In this document: piece after piece, positions 13,091 through 22,834 of the stretch
How the letters are laid out: every line of letters begins with the position of its first letter
Position numbering within the stretch: position 1 is the first letter of the stretch
Virus record (IMG/VR): IMGVR_UViG_2711768071_000018
Source: a virus
Lineage: Duplodnaviria > Heunggongvirae > Uroviricota > Caudoviricetes
Length of the DNA stretch: 39,078 nucleotides
Direction: 5' to 3' (one strand)
Program-made: the position numbers and the translations under genes
Notes under the pieces: model-generated
Databases searched by the model: none
Told to the model about the DNA's origin: nothing
The model's input: only the letters and a program-made list of their open reading frames with translations

Positions 13091-13771
13091 TTATGCCTGC
13101 CGCCCGATAACCACCACCTTCCCGTCACCGCCTTCATCACGGGTACTGATGTCCTGGGATATACGGCGGGAGCCAACCAGCATTTCACCGTAAGGCACCG
13201 GCATCGGGTTCCCCTGGGCAATCATGTTATCCAGCGAGGAAAAGTACGTGTTCTGTCTGCCGTTATCCGTTGCGCGGTAATCCGGTGTTTTTGCCTTCGG
13301 GGCCAGCATCTGGGCCACACCGCCCAGAATCATGCTGGCCCCCAGTGAAAACAGCATCGTGGTGGCAGAAAAACCACCGGCTGCCAGGGCTGAACCCCAT
13401 AACGCCATTGATGCCCCGGCAGTGAAGAAAGAGCCCACGATGGCTGCCGCCCCCAGCACAATCTGCAGTCCACCCTTTCCGGCCCCGGCCAGTCGCGGCA
13501 CAATGTGGATGACCGTTCCCTCACCCAGCTGTTCGTGAAGACGGGCGTACACCGCCTCCGGTGCCGTGTCCTCACCGCGAATACGTATCTGGTACCAGCC
13601 TTCGTTCATCTGACGGCGGAATCCCGGCATCTGCATCGACAGGGCACGGATGGCTTCCGCTGCCGTGTTCACATACAGGCTGAGGCGGCGGCCAAATCGT
13701 TGTAAATCCCCGTGAAGGCAGATGCGGACCAGTGGCGGTGACGCCAGACAGAATGCGTTCGTCGTTGCCAT
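13091..13771 (-). CDS. I: Tail tip assembly protein I
   Basis: 226 aa; MATTNAFCLASPPLVRICLHGDLQRFGRR aligns with the lambda gpI N-terminus; overlaps the 3' end of K by 103 nt, as I recall for lambda. Confidence 0.85.
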   Translation of the reverse strand: MATTNAFCLASPPLVRICLHGDLQRFGRRLSLYVNTAAEAIRALSMQMPGFRRQMNEGWYQIRIRGEDTAPEAVYARLHEQLGEGTVIHIVPRLAGAGKGGLQIVLGAAAIVGSFFTAGASMALWGSALAAGGFSATTMLFSLGASMILGGVAQMLAPKAKTPDYRATDNGRQNTYFSSLDNMIAQGNPMPVPYGEMLVGSRRISQDISTRDEGGDGKVVVIGRQA

Positions 13772-14412
13772 TTTTCAGAATACCTCTCCCGTTTACTCAG
13801 TTGTTCAGGCAGATGGTGAAGCAGTTCACCGTTGCCGCAGTAAATGGCGGCATGATTGGCCACCGATGCGCCAAAGCAGCACAGCAGGATATCGCCCGCC
13901 TGTGCAGAGGACAGGGGCACCCGGTAAAAGCCGGTGACCGCCATATTGTCCAGGTAAAGGTTCTGACCGTTGCGCCACCAGTCATCCTCACGCTCAAAAT
14001 CCGGCATATCAATTCCCGCCAGATGGCAGGCATCCCGGAACAGCGTGTAACAGTCCGTCACCCCGTGCTCAAAGCGCCGTCCTGTCAGATGTGGTACACA
14101 GCGGAATTTATGAATTTCCCCCCGGCAGACCAGCCACCAGGACAGTGCACTTTTTATCTGCAGCCGCCGGTCGGCCTCGCTCAGCCAGGGCAGACCACCG
14201 GGATGACTGTGGACCAGTGCCACAATCTCCCCCTGCATCTCTGCCCACAGCCAGTCTTCCGGTGCAATACGAAAATACGCCTCCGGCTCTGCAGAGATAT
14301 TCACACAAGGGATATACCGCTCCCCCTCCGGCGTTCTCACCACGAAGCCGCACGACTCCGCAGGCGCACACCGCCGGGCATGCGCCAGAATCGCTGATTC
14401 AGTCTGTGTCAT
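13669..14412 (-). CDS. K: Tail tip assembly protein K (MPN/JAMM plus NlpC/P60 domains)
   Basis: Internal start MTQTESAILAHARRCAPAESCGFVV matches lambda gpK; HSHPGG (JAMM) motif; the longer ORF-track entry is an upstream extension overlapping L. Confidence 0.85.
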   Translation of the reverse strand: MTQTESAILAHARRCAPAESCGFVVRTPEGERYIPCVNISAEPEAYFRIAPEDWLWAEMQGEIVALVHSHPGGLPWLSEADRRLQIKSALSWWLVCRGEIHKFRCVPHLTGRRFEHGVTDCYTLFRDACHLAGIDMPDFEREDDWWRNGQNLYLDNMAVTGFYRVPLSSAQAGDILLCCFGASVANHAAIYCGNGELLHHLPEQLSKRERYSEKWQRRTHSVWRHRHWSASAFTGIYNDLAAASACM

Positions 14413-14422
14413 AAACCGGGAT

Positions 14423-15121
14423 TTACTGCGAAAGTTTATTAATGGAAAGGAAACCGCCAAAATTAGCCACCATGCCGCGCATCTCACACCCGCGCATGCA
14501 CTTGCTGCATCTGTCCCTCCGGATATCCGTGGTGGGTTTATCGAACTCATCCGCCACCGCCCCGCCCGTGTAACCACACTCATCAGAGCGGTAGGTCCAC
14601 ATACAGGTGTTCGCCAGCATGATGCGACCGGGAAACAGCGCCCCGTCCGTCTCGGTCGGTGTGGCCAGCACAAACGAGGCCGTCATGGCCGTCAGCTCTG
14701 ATAACTGCTCCACCACCCAGCGGTCGCTCAGCTCCTGCTCCGGGTCCGCTTCCGGATTGCCCGCCACAAAATTCACCGCATCCAGAAAACGCGCATACAC
14801 CCGGCGGCGGACCACCGTGGCCCCCACCAGACTCTGCAGGTCTTCCGCCATCCCGGTGACCAGACCGAACAGATTGGACACCGTCATCGACGGTCTGGCA
14901 CTGCTGCCCTTCCCGTTCATCTCAAAGCCGCTGCCGTCAATCGGGTATGCCTGGTACTTCCGCCCCTGCCAGGTGACCGGCTCCCCTTTTTCATTCAGCT
15001 CATTACAGAAAAAATACCGCTCACCACCCTGTACCGTCAGGTCGATTTCCCAGAGTACCACCCGCGGTGACTGCTCTGATTTAACCGACTCGTTCAGACT
15101 TTCTTCGTGAATATCCTGCAT
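14423..15121 (-). CDS. L: Tail tip protein L
   Basis: 232 aa, same length and position as lambda gpL, directly upstream of K. Confidence 0.85.
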   Translation of the reverse strand: MQDIHEESLNESVKSEQSPRVVLWEIDLTVQGGERYFFCNELNEKGEPVTWQGRKYQAYPIDGSGFEMNGKGSSARPSMTVSNLFGLVTGMAEDLQSLVGATVVRRRVYARFLDAVNFVAGNPEADPEQELSDRWVVEQLSELTAMTASFVLATPTETDGALFPGRIMLANTCMWTYRSDECGYTGGAVADEFDKPTTDIRRDRCSKCMRGCEMRGMVANFGGFLSINKLSQ

Positions 15122-15450
15122 CAGTTCACCACCTGCTTAAACTCCGCGCTGAATTCAACCCGCAGCATGCGAACCCGTGATGACCAGGCGGCACAGGTCA
15201 CCTTTATCTGCCGCCAGGCATAAGGCGGTGTCCACAGAAACGCCTTCCAGCCACCGTGCTCTGCCAGGAATGCCTCCAGATGTCGGGCCTCCTCCCGGGT
15301 CACGGAAAGCGTCACACGGTATGTTTTCAGGTCAGCATTCAGCCCCGCCGCCATACGCTGCGAATACCCGTCACCAAAACGCACTTCACGCACCGATGGC
15401 TGCGAGTTCACCTCCATATCCGGCTTCACTTTCCAGCGAAATGTTTTCAT
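15121..15450 (-). CDS. M: Tail tip protein M
   Basis: 109 aa, same length and position as lambda gpM between H and L. Confidence 0.85.
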   Translation of the reverse strand: MKTFRWKVKPDMEVNSQPSVREVRFGDGYSQRMAAGLNADLKTYRVTLSVTREEARHLEAFLAEHGGWKAFLWTPPYAWRQIKVTCAAWSSRVRMLRVEFSAEFKQVVN

Positions 15451-18026
15451 CGCCTGCCTCCGGAAAAGACGCCGCCATCACGCATCTGCGCCTGAATCTC
15501 ATCCTGCGCCCCCTTGCGGGCCATGTCATACACCGCCTTCATCAGCTGCGGCCCCGCCTGTCCGTTGGTGCCGTCGTTCTGAATCACCACGTGATTGTTC
15601 TGATTAAAACTAATGCCTTCCGCCCGCCGCATCTGCGCCGGACTTCCGGCACCGCCCACATAACCACCTTCCGCATACCCGCGCATCAGACGATACAGGT
15701 TGCCGACGCCAATCCGGCTGGTTGCCTCCTTCGTGAAGACAAACTCCCCGCGGTGGACAATACCGGCAGGTTCGTATTTGCCACCGGTTCCCGTAAATCC
15801 TCCGGTCGCGAAATGGAAGTTCGCCGCCGCAGCCTGAATGGCCGTCCCCGTGGAGGCAGACGCCCCACCACCGAAAGCACCACCCATGGCGCTGCCAATA
15901 CTCCCGACAATCCCCACCATGGCCTGCTTCAGAAAAATCTCTGTCAGCATGGAGAGCACAGAACGGGTGAAACCACGCCAGCTCTGTTCGCTGCCGGTCA
16001 GCATCGCTGCCATATTCTGTGCAATACCGTCAAAGGTCTGCGTGGCCACGCTTTTAACCTGCGAAAAACTGTCCGTCGCACTTTCTGCCCACTCGCCCCA
16101 GCCGGACTTCAGACCGGCCATCCAGCTTCCACGAAGCTGCTCCTCCGCAGACCAGGTGTTCTTCAGTGCAGATGTGGCCTTCGCCAGCGCATCCGGATTA
16201 TCACCGTACACGTCACGAAGGCGCTGCTCTTCCGACTCCCGCTGCGCCTGACGGTCGGTGAGTCCGCGGGCTTTTGCGCTGATTGCCGCCTGCTTCGCAC
16301 TCTGCTGCTGTTCAAACCGCGCAGCCTGCTGTGCCAGCTCATTCAGCCGTTTCTGGTGTTCAACTTTGTCTCCCAGCTCAGCCAGCTGGCGTTTGTACTC
16401 CAGCGTCTCTTTCTCATGGGTCAGCAGGGATTTTTCCTGCTCAGATAACTGCCGTTTCGTGGCTGCCTCTTTCAGGACCGCATACTGATTTTCCGCTTTC
16501 CATAAATCGCGACGCTGCTGGCTGATTTTCTCATTCGCACCGCTGTGTTTTTCCAGCGTCCGGAGCTCGGTTTCAAGCGCCAGCAGGGCTGCATGCGTCA
16601 GGTCTTCCTGACGCTCACCGGCTGACACTTTGACTCCTGACGACTTCGGCTTTTTCAGCGTCGATTCATAATCCTTTTTCGCCGCCGCCATCAGCGTGTT
16701 GTAATCCGCCTGCAGGATTTTCCCGTCTTTCAGGGCCTTATTCAGTTCTTCCTGACGGGCGGTATATTTCTCCAGCGGCGTCAGCAGACGCTCATACGCC
16801 TTCTGCGCCTCTCCGGTATACTTCAGCTGTGATGCGTCCCGTTCGGCCCGGTCCCTGGCGGCCAGTTCACCGGCTTTTTCCATATCCGACTGCAGCGTGG
16901 CCGCTGCCAGCCCCAGACGGGCATTTTCCCGGTCATTCCATGCGCCCTGAAGGTTGGCCCGGAAAGAGGCGGTTTTTCCCCGGCGCTGGCTCCGGCTCTG
17001 GTACCACTGCCATTTTTTATCCGCCTCATCAAATGCCTTCTGTGCACTGGCGAGCATATCCGCTGAGGACTCAGGACGACCGATATCCAGAATGGCATCC
17101 CACATCGATTTGAATGCCTTCCCTGTTTTATCCGCCCAGGTCTCCAGTGTTCCCATGTTTTCTTTCAGGCGACGGGTCTGCTCATCAAAGCCTTTCGTGG
17201 CGATATCGTTCGCCGCCTGCAATGCCCCGGCCTCGTCTCCGGAACGCTGCAGCTGTGCAACATACGCAATCTGCTCTGCCGTCACGTTACGGAACTGGCG
17301 CGCCATCGCCATCAGTCCCGACGTCGGGTCGGTGGTCAGTTTTCCGAAAGCCTCTGCAACCTTGTCCACCTCCACACCGGATGCAGAAGCAAAACGCGCG
17401 ACACTCTGGTTGATGGCATCAAACTGTTCACCACCACGCACACCGGCATTCACCAGGGCTGCCAGTGACTCACTCGCCTGGTTAAACGTCAGCCCTGCGG
17501 CCTGTCCGGCTCTGGAGAGCGTCAGCATGCGATCGGCAGTCAGTCCGGACTGATTACCGGAAAGAACCAGGGTTTTATTAAACGCTGAAAGCGTGGAATC
17601 CCCCTGGTACCAGGCGTACGCCAGCGCACCTGTCGCCACCGCCAGCGAGGTGACCCCGACCATCGGCAGGGTGATCGCACCGGCAAGTCCCCTGAACATG
17701 GGGATCATCCCGCCGAAGGAGTCCTTCACCTGACCGCCCTGTTGCAGCAGGATCAGCCAGGGATTCTGACCACCGGCAAGCTGCGTGGCGATATCCGTAA
17801 ACTGTGCGGGCAGGGTTCGCATGGCCGCTTTATACTGCCCGACGGAAATCCCGGCTTTTTGTGCAGCCAGCGCCTGACGACTCAGGTTCTGCTCAACAAC
17901 ACCGGCGGTTTTTCTGGCGTCAGTCTCCAGTCCGGAAAAATGACGCCTTACCCGGCTCATCTGCTCATCGAAACGGACCGCATCCAGACTCAGGTCAATA
18001 ACAAGATCACCAACCGGCTGGGACAT
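15447..18026 (-). CDS. H: Tail tape measure protein H
   Basis: 859 aa; ...PVGDLVIDLSLDAVRFDEQM...RVRRHFSG... through C-terminal ...MRDGGVFSGGRR, collinear with lambda gpH. Confidence 0.9.
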   Translation of the reverse strand: MSQPVGDLVIDLSLDAVRFDEQMSRVRRHFSGLETDARKTAGVVEQNLSRQALAAQKAGISVGQYKAAMRTLPAQFTDIATQLAGGQNPWLILLQQGGQVKDSFGGMIPMFRGLAGAITLPMVGVTSLAVATGALAYAWYQGDSTLSAFNKTLVLSGNQSGLTADRMLTLSRAGQAAGLTFNQASESLAALVNAGVRGGEQFDAINQSVARFASASGVEVDKVAEAFGKLTTDPTSGLMAMARQFRNVTAEQIAYVAQLQRSGDEAGALQAANDIATKGFDEQTRRLKENMGTLETWADKTGKAFKSMWDAILDIGRPESSADMLASAQKAFDEADKKWQWYQSRSQRRGKTASFRANLQGAWNDRENARLGLAAATLQSDMEKAGELAARDRAERDASQLKYTGEAQKAYERLLTPLEKYTARQEELNKALKDGKILQADYNTLMAAAKKDYESTLKKPKSSGVKVSAGERQEDLTHAALLALETELRTLEKHSGANEKISQQRRDLWKAENQYAVLKEAATKRQLSEQEKSLLTHEKETLEYKRQLAELGDKVEHQKRLNELAQQAARFEQQQSAKQAAISAKARGLTDRQAQRESEEQRLRDVYGDNPDALAKATSALKNTWSAEEQLRGSWMAGLKSGWGEWAESATDSFSQVKSVATQTFDGIAQNMAAMLTGSEQSWRGFTRSVLSMLTEIFLKQAMVGIVGSIGSAMGGAFGGGASASTGTAIQAAAANFHFATGGFTGTGGKYEPAGIVHRGEFVFTKEATSRIGVGNLYRLMRGYAEGGYVGGAGSPAQMRRAEGISFNQNNHVVIQNDGTNGQAGPQLMKAVYDMARKGAQDEIQAQMRDGGVFSGGRR

Positions 18027-18878
18027 ATCTCACACCTCCGGAAATCCCCGCTGAAGCCATCATTAATGCGACATCATCCTCGCTGACATCCGCCACATCC
18101 GCAGACGATAAAATCTCACGCCCTCCGTCCCCACCAAACCGGACGCCTCCGGCAAGTCCTGCCGCTTTCTGCATCAGCATTTTTTCCTCATCCGGCATCT
18201 CCGTCTGCGCTTCCTCACGCCGGGGGGCAAGCAGACTGAAATCAGAGGGATGCATATCCGGATCGCAAAAAAACAGGCTGAGTACGGCGTACGTCAGCCC
18301 GGAAAAATGCATATCCAGTTGGGTATCGAGAAAATAATGCGTACGGTAAAAATGTCGCCAGTCGGCATATTCGGTGGATGTCATCCCGGCAAGCATGGCG
18401 CGCCAGTCAGGCCTCCCCATCTCACGCGCCAGTCTGAGGGCAAAATTCAGCTCGCCGTCGAAGACTTTCCCGCAGAAAAATCATCATCAGTCAGCGCGTT
18501 ATTTTTCGCCACTTCGGTGCTGTCAGTATCCGCATGAACAGCCCCGCTCATCCCGGACAGACGCAACACCACATCTTCCGCCCGGGCAATGGCATCCGCA
18601 GGCCAGGTGGTGAGCACCTCCTGTTCGATCTGCATCACAGCCTCATTCATTGACGGTGATGCCGTTTTCTGCGGATGGTTATGCCACAGGGACATCGCCA
18701 CCAGAAACGCGCCGGTTCTGACGAGATCTTCCACGCTTACCTGCAGGTTGCCGCTGGATTCTGCCTGTTCTGCACGCCGTTTCAGGAGGGCAAGATGCTC
18801 AATACGCTGCAGCGCAGACAATTCAGAAAGCGTGACGGACACACCGTTATATTCAAATTGTTCTGTTTTCAGAAACAT
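18007..18878 (-). CDS. T: Tail assembly chaperone G-T (fusion made by programmed -1 frameshift)
   Basis: The T frame (ORF 18007-18420 and its upstream in-frame extension) overlaps the 3' end of G; slippery GGGAAAG lies 6 codons before the G stop and is codon-aligned for a -1 shift into the T frame. Confidence 0.7.
18447..18878 (-). CDS. G: Tail assembly chaperone G
   Basis: 143 aa; MFLKTEQFEYNGVSVTLSELSALQRIEHLAL... matches lambda gpG. Confidence 0.85.
   Translation of the reverse strand: MFLKTEQFEYNGVSVTLSELSALQRIEHLALLKRRAEQAESSGNLQVSVEDLVRTGAFLVAMSLWHNHPQKTASPSMNEAVMQIEQEVLTTWPADAIARAEDVVLRLSGMSGAVHADTDSTEVAKNNALTDDDFSAGKSSTAS
18465..18471 (-). promoter_or_regulatory. Programmed -1 ribosomal frameshift slippery heptamer GGGAAAG (G to G-T)
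   Basis: Plus-strand ctttccc is GGGAAAG on the coding strand, with GGA-AAG in the G frame (Gly-Lys near the C-terminus), the same heptamer as in lambda. Confidence 0.75.
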
Positions 18879-18891
18879 GTATTACCTCCGT

Positions 18892-19644
18892 TTACCCTGC
18901 AGCGCCCGCTTCAGTAACGGTGACTTCAGCCACTGCGGCGAACTGACCATTTCCGCTCACCACAGGGATCTGCACCTTACCTGTCGCCACGCCGTTTACC
19001 GTAATTGTCATATCTTTCACACTAATGGTGGCTTTCGACGGATCGGCGGAAACCGCTCTGAACGTCTTGTCGGTTGCACTTTCCGGCTCAAAAGAAACCG
19101 TCAGGGTGGTTGTTTTCCCTTTTGCCACCGTACCGGATGTCGGCGTCACCTTAATCGCAGTGACCGGCGTAATTTTGCTGCGTTCTTCCGCTACAGAAGG
19201 TTTGCCCACGTTGGTCACTTTCACCGTGCGGGTGATCACTTCTTTCGCCGTCACGGCCTTACCGATACTGCTGACCCAGCCACGAAACACATCCACCGTG
19301 CCGTTCGGAAAACGGATTTTATAGGCCCGCACATCCCCGCTTTCAAACCAGCCTATAAGCCCTTTCTGACCTTCTTCTCCCGGTTTCCAGGCCAGCGTAA
19401 AACTGGTATCTCCTGCAGACTTCTGCCCCTGCCCGGTCGCGGTCCAGTCCGCGTCTTCATCATCCAGGTAGTTATCATCGTAGGGTTCTGCCGTCATCTC
19501 GCCCGGCGTCAGATCCTTCACCTTAGCCAGTCGCTGCCAGTCATCGTCTGACAACGGGTTTGCATAGGCGTCACCCTGACCGTTATAAACCCACAGGGTG
19601 GTACCGGCACCTTTTACCGGCTCAAGGGGATTTGGTGTTGACAT
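18892..19644 (-). CDS. V: Major tail tube protein V (with C-terminal Ig-like domain)
   Basis: 250 aa, lambda gpV length and position. Confidence 0.85.
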   Translation of the reverse strand: MSTPNPLEPVKGAGTTLWVYNGQGDAYANPLSDDDWQRLAKVKDLTPGEMTAEPYDDNYLDDEDADWTATGQGQKSAGDTSFTLAWKPGEEGQKGLIGWFESGDVRAYKIRFPNGTVDVFRGWVSSIGKAVTAKEVITRTVKVTNVGKPSVAEERSKITPVTAIKVTPTSGTVAKGKTTTLTVSFEPESATDKTFRAVSADPSKATISVKDMTITVNGVATGKVQIPVVSGNGQFAAVAEVTVTEAGAAG

Positions 19645-19651
19645 ATCGTCC

Positions 19652-20047
19652 TCACATCTCGTATGTAATGGAATAAGTCAGATCCGCAGAACTCCATAAC
19701 GCCATATCGTCATCACGACGATACTCATAGCCCTGCGTAACCATCGTGGTAATCAGGTCTGCCAGTGCCGGGATCGCAGTCATCGCCGGATAAATCCGGC
19801 TTTCCATCCACGAATCCAGCTCCGAATCCGGTACCTGTGCTGGTAAAAACACCTCAATATGCAGTGTGGCCCGCCAGGTATCTGCATCCAGCTCTTCACC
19901 GGTATACTCTGCATCCGTCAGATAAACCGCGACCGCGGGAAAATCCTCTTCGTCAAAAACAACGGGGCGACCATCAAACAGCGTCGCCCCGTGTTCATGC
20001 AGCTCCAGTGCATCCAGCACTGCCGCACGGATATCAGTATGTTTCAT
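19652..20047 (-). CDS. U: Tail terminator protein U
   Basis: 131 aa, identical length to lambda gpU; position between Z and V. Confidence 0.85.
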   Translation of the reverse strand: MKHTDIRAAVLDALELHEHGATLFDGRPVVFDEEDFPAVAVYLTDAEYTGEELDADTWRATLHIEVFLPAQVPDSELDSWMESRIYPAMTAIPALADLITTMVTQGYEYRRDDDMALWSSADLTYSITYEM

Positions 20048-20577
20048 CGTTTTATCGCAATCCTCAGTTGTTGTTTCAGCGCGTATGCCAGTTCTCCGGG
20101 CAGACGTTCACGCCGGATACGGTCAACATTCTCATCAAACGCCTGTTTCAGTGGGGCCGCCATCGGGATTTTCACCACATCAATGGGGTAACGGTTTTTC
20201 CCGACCACACGCTGCATGACATGCCAGCGACCATTTTTTAATCGCTGAATAAATGCCCGCTGATAACGATGCTGACCGGCTTTGAGTATGCTGTCCGGAC
20301 GACGCCCCGGCATCCTGATCCCCAGCTTAATCACCGGGAGATCACCGCGGTTAACGATAATTCTGGCATTCGGATTTCTGACCGTGGCCCGTTTCAGTCT
20401 GGACCGTTCCTTAACCAGTTTCCGTCTCACCCTGGTTTCCCGGGCAACCTGTGATGAAGACTGATTAATCGCCGTTGTGGCCACGCGGTTAATGGTCATT
20501 GCAGAAGCCGCCGGAATGGCGTTTTTACGAACCCGGCTCAGATTATCAATCGCCTGCTCAAGCCCTTTTATCGCCAT
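20044..20577 (-). CDS. Z: Tail completion protein Z
   Basis: 177 aa; MAIKGLEQAIDNLSR...IQRLKNGRWHVMQRVVGKNRYPIDVVKIPMA matches lambda gpZ. Confidence 0.85.
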   Translation of the reverse strand: MAIKGLEQAIDNLSRVRKNAIPAASAMTINRVATTAINQSSSQVARETRVRRKLVKERSRLKRATVRNPNARIIVNRGDLPVIKLGIRMPGRRPDSILKAGQHRYQRAFIQRLKNGRWHVMQRVVGKNRYPIDVVKIPMAAPLKQAFDENVDRIRRERLPGELAYALKQQLRIAIKR

Positions 20578-20592
20578 AATTTCACCCTGCGT

Positions 20593-20946
20593 TTATCGTC
20601 GCCGGTTAACGGCGGGTGGTTGCCCACGGTTGAGCCAGAGATAACAGCTGCCCCCGTCATCCGGAGAAACACGATCCACCCAGAACGTCTCACCATTAAT
20701 GGTCAGCGTGTCACCACGCCGCACAGCACGAACCGTATCCGTCCGCACAAATAATGACGGGCTGCTTCCTTCAATACGGACCCCGCTACCGGCAAATCCC
20801 AGCGACTCCGGATCGTCAAAAACCCCCTGAACTTCTCCGCCACACTGTGCCCCCGAGGTGAACTGTGCACAGAGCCCCATCACTTCAACAATCGTACTGT
20901 CCACCCCGGCAAGGGCAGCATCAAAGGCATTCTGAAAATCACGCAT
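20593..20946 (-). CDS. FII: Head-tail joining protein FII
   Basis: Internal start MRDFQNAFDAA...; C-terminus ...GDTLTINGETFWVDRVSPDDGGSCYLWLNRGQPPAVNRRR matches lambda gpFII. Confidence 0.8.
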   Translation of the reverse strand: MRDFQNAFDAALAGVDSTIVEVMGLCAQFTSGAQCGGEVQGVFDDPESLGFAGSGVRIEGSSPSLFVRTDTVRAVRRGDTLTINGETFWVDRVSPDDGGSCYLWLNRGQPPAVNRRR

Positions 20947-21313
20947 AAACAGCCATTCCGCCATCAACGTGTGTTTTTGCATCTGAGGACATAATCAGAA
21001 TCACCCGACCAACATCCGCAATCTCAACGGATTCCCCTGTTTCACCATCAATGCCACAGAGATGGAGGCAGGTCAGAACTTTGATGCGCGTTAACGCACC
21101 GGATGTATCCTCACGAACATCATGAGCCGCGGTTTCCCGCTCCCGGATCACCGTATCCCCAACCTGAACATCCTCGCCGGATGACTGTATTTCCTCTTCC
21201 CATTCCGCCACCCGCTGCGCTATCTCTGCGGCACTCCCGGATATATCCGGCTCACGCCCCAGAATCAGGGCCAGTTCATCAAGCCGTTTCAGATTTTGCT
21301 CTTTCGTTGCCAT
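20939..21313 (-). CDS. FI: DNA packaging protein FI-like
   Basis: Lambda FI position between E and FII; start MATKEQNLKRL chosen for its AGGGGG Shine-Dalgarno; sequence diverges from lambda FI, so the call is positional. Confidence 0.5.
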   Translation of the reverse strand: MATKEQNLKRLDELALILGREPDISGSAAEIAQRVAEWEEEIQSSGEDVQVGDTVIRERETAAHDVREDTSGALTRIKVLTCLHLCGIDGETGESVEIADVGRVILIMSSDAKTHVDGGMAVYA

Positions 21314-21364
21314 ATCAGCCCCCTGTGAAAAAAGACACGGGGGCATTTCGCCCCCGCTCACGGA

Positions 21365-22393
21365 TTATTTCACCTGTACCACCACAAACTCATCCGGGTC
21401 CGGCAACACCATCAGCGGCGCGGACTGCGTCATGGTAAATTCACGGGCGGGATCCCCCACCGTCAGCCAGTGTTTCGGATAACGGGAAGAGGCCACCACA
21501 CCTTCGGACAACGCCTGCGCATCCTGAATGGCACCGTAACAACGGATCCCATCTGCAGCAGTATTCCCCAGAACCAGCATGCCCTCCGGCAGATAACGTT
21601 TTTCGATACCGTCTTCTGCTATATAAGACGTTTTCGCCACAACAATGGCCAGATCGCCGTAATACCCCTTGAAGGACACCACTGCGCCCAGATCTTTCAC
21701 TGCCGTTTCGAGTTGAGAATTTGAACCGCGACGGGTATCCAGTTTTTCGCGGAACAGCTTAAAACCATTCAGAAGACGCCAGACGGTACCGTCCATAATG
21801 GCAATATTCACAAGACCGCTGGCCTGGTCGCAGTAGAGGTCAAGATCATGTGTAGGATCGAACGTGTCACGATCCTGTTTTGACCACTCCTTACCACTAC
21901 CCTGAGTGATGTTATTCTTCGTCGACCTGCCAAAATCGACCTCAATTTTCTCGAACTGGTCTCCTTCCATCGTATATTTGCCATACAACACAGCATTTAC
22001 CGCCTGTATTTCTTCCACCTGGACAATCGCGTGCTCTTCCTGTTTGAGGTTATCGGTAATGATACGCAGACGGCGGTAAGCCGGATCGTTCAGTTGAGCC
22101 GGATCTTCACCAGGAAGGCGCTCAACCGCCTGCTGGTAATTAAATTCGTGTTTCGGCTTGACGTAGCCCGGACGTAACACGCGGGTTTCACCACCACGAT
22201 GACGCAGCACTTTTCCTTCAACAACCGGGGAGACATAGGCCGCCACCGGCGTTTTTCCGGTAATTTTGTCCAGCATCACCTCTTCGGTATGGAAATTCAC
22301 CGTACGGCGGAAAAACAGCTCCAGAAACAGCGCACGAAATTTCACTTTTTGTTCGGTATAACCGAGTAACTGGCGGGTCGTAAACAATCCCAT
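21365..22393 (-). CDS. E: Major capsid protein E
   Basis: 342 aa; ...PGYVKPKHE...KLDTRRGSNS.LETAVKDLG...GDPAREFTM.QSAPLM matches lambda gpE. Confidence 0.9.
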   Translation of the reverse strand: MGLFTTRQLLGYTEQKVKFRALFLELFFRRTVNFHTEEVMLDKITGKTPVAAYVSPVVEGKVLRHRGGETRVLRPGYVKPKHEFNYQQAVERLPGEDPAQLNDPAYRRLRIITDNLKQEEHAIVQVEEIQAVNAVLYGKYTMEGDQFEKIEVDFGRSTKNNITQGSGKEWSKQDRDTFDPTHDLDLYCDQASGLVNIAIMDGTVWRLLNGFKLFREKLDTRRGSNSQLETAVKDLGAVVSFKGYYGDLAIVVAKTSYIAEDGIEKRYLPEGMLVLGNTAADGIRCYGAIQDAQALSEGVVASSRYPKHWLTVGDPAREFTMTQSAPLMVLPDPDEFVVVQVK

Positions 22394-22450
22394 AAATCAG
22401 TTCCTTTCATTCAGAAATCAGTCAGGCCACCGCGGTGGCCTGATAACGTG

Positions 22451-22798
22451 TTACGGCAGCGCCGCGTGACTCAGGGCACTGCCGGCAAAGGCATTTGCCT
22501 TTTTGTGTTCATCCACACTTTCAGGCCAGCGGATTGCCTCCGTCGCAAAGGTCCCCGACTTGTAATAGGTCAGTACCGTCTCTGTGCCTTCAAGCGGCAG
22601 TACCAGTATGCCAACTGCACTACCGGCTTTCTGTCCGTCCCAGACCACCAGTTTCCCGCTGGCTTCATCCAGCATCAGGGGCGTCAGTGCCGGTGTTGCC
22701 GAGGAAATCCCGCTGCTGCCTGTGGCGGTATGAGCCGGATCATTACCGGCAAAAATACGTACTTCCGCACGCTGTTCAGTGATGTTTTTCGTTACCAT
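22451..22798 (-). CDS. D: Head decoration protein D
   Basis: 115 aa; ...NDPAHTAT...TPLMLD...KLV.WDG...AVGIL...YKSGTF matches lambda gpD. Confidence 0.85.
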   Translation of the reverse strand: MVTKNITEQRAEVRIFAGNDPAHTATGSSGISSATPALTPLMLDEASGKLVVWDGQKAGSAVGILVLPLEGTETVLTYYKSGTFATEAIRWPESVDEHKKANAFAGSALSHAALP

Positions 22799-22834
22799 AT
22801 TGTAAAAACCTCCTGTTGATGGTCAGCACTGACT

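Noticed and set aside
13669-14673. 334-aa ORF as a single K gene
   Set aside because: The first 87 codons overlap the 3' end of L and are not part of gpK; the lambda-like start MTQTES at 14412 is used instead.
15177-19551. Plus-strand ORFs of 100-420 aa (15177-16448, 15838-16251, 16954-17553, 18589-19551 and others)
   Set aside because: Low-complexity translations antisense to the well-supported H, G/T and V genes; typical spurious ORFs in GC-rich coding DNA.
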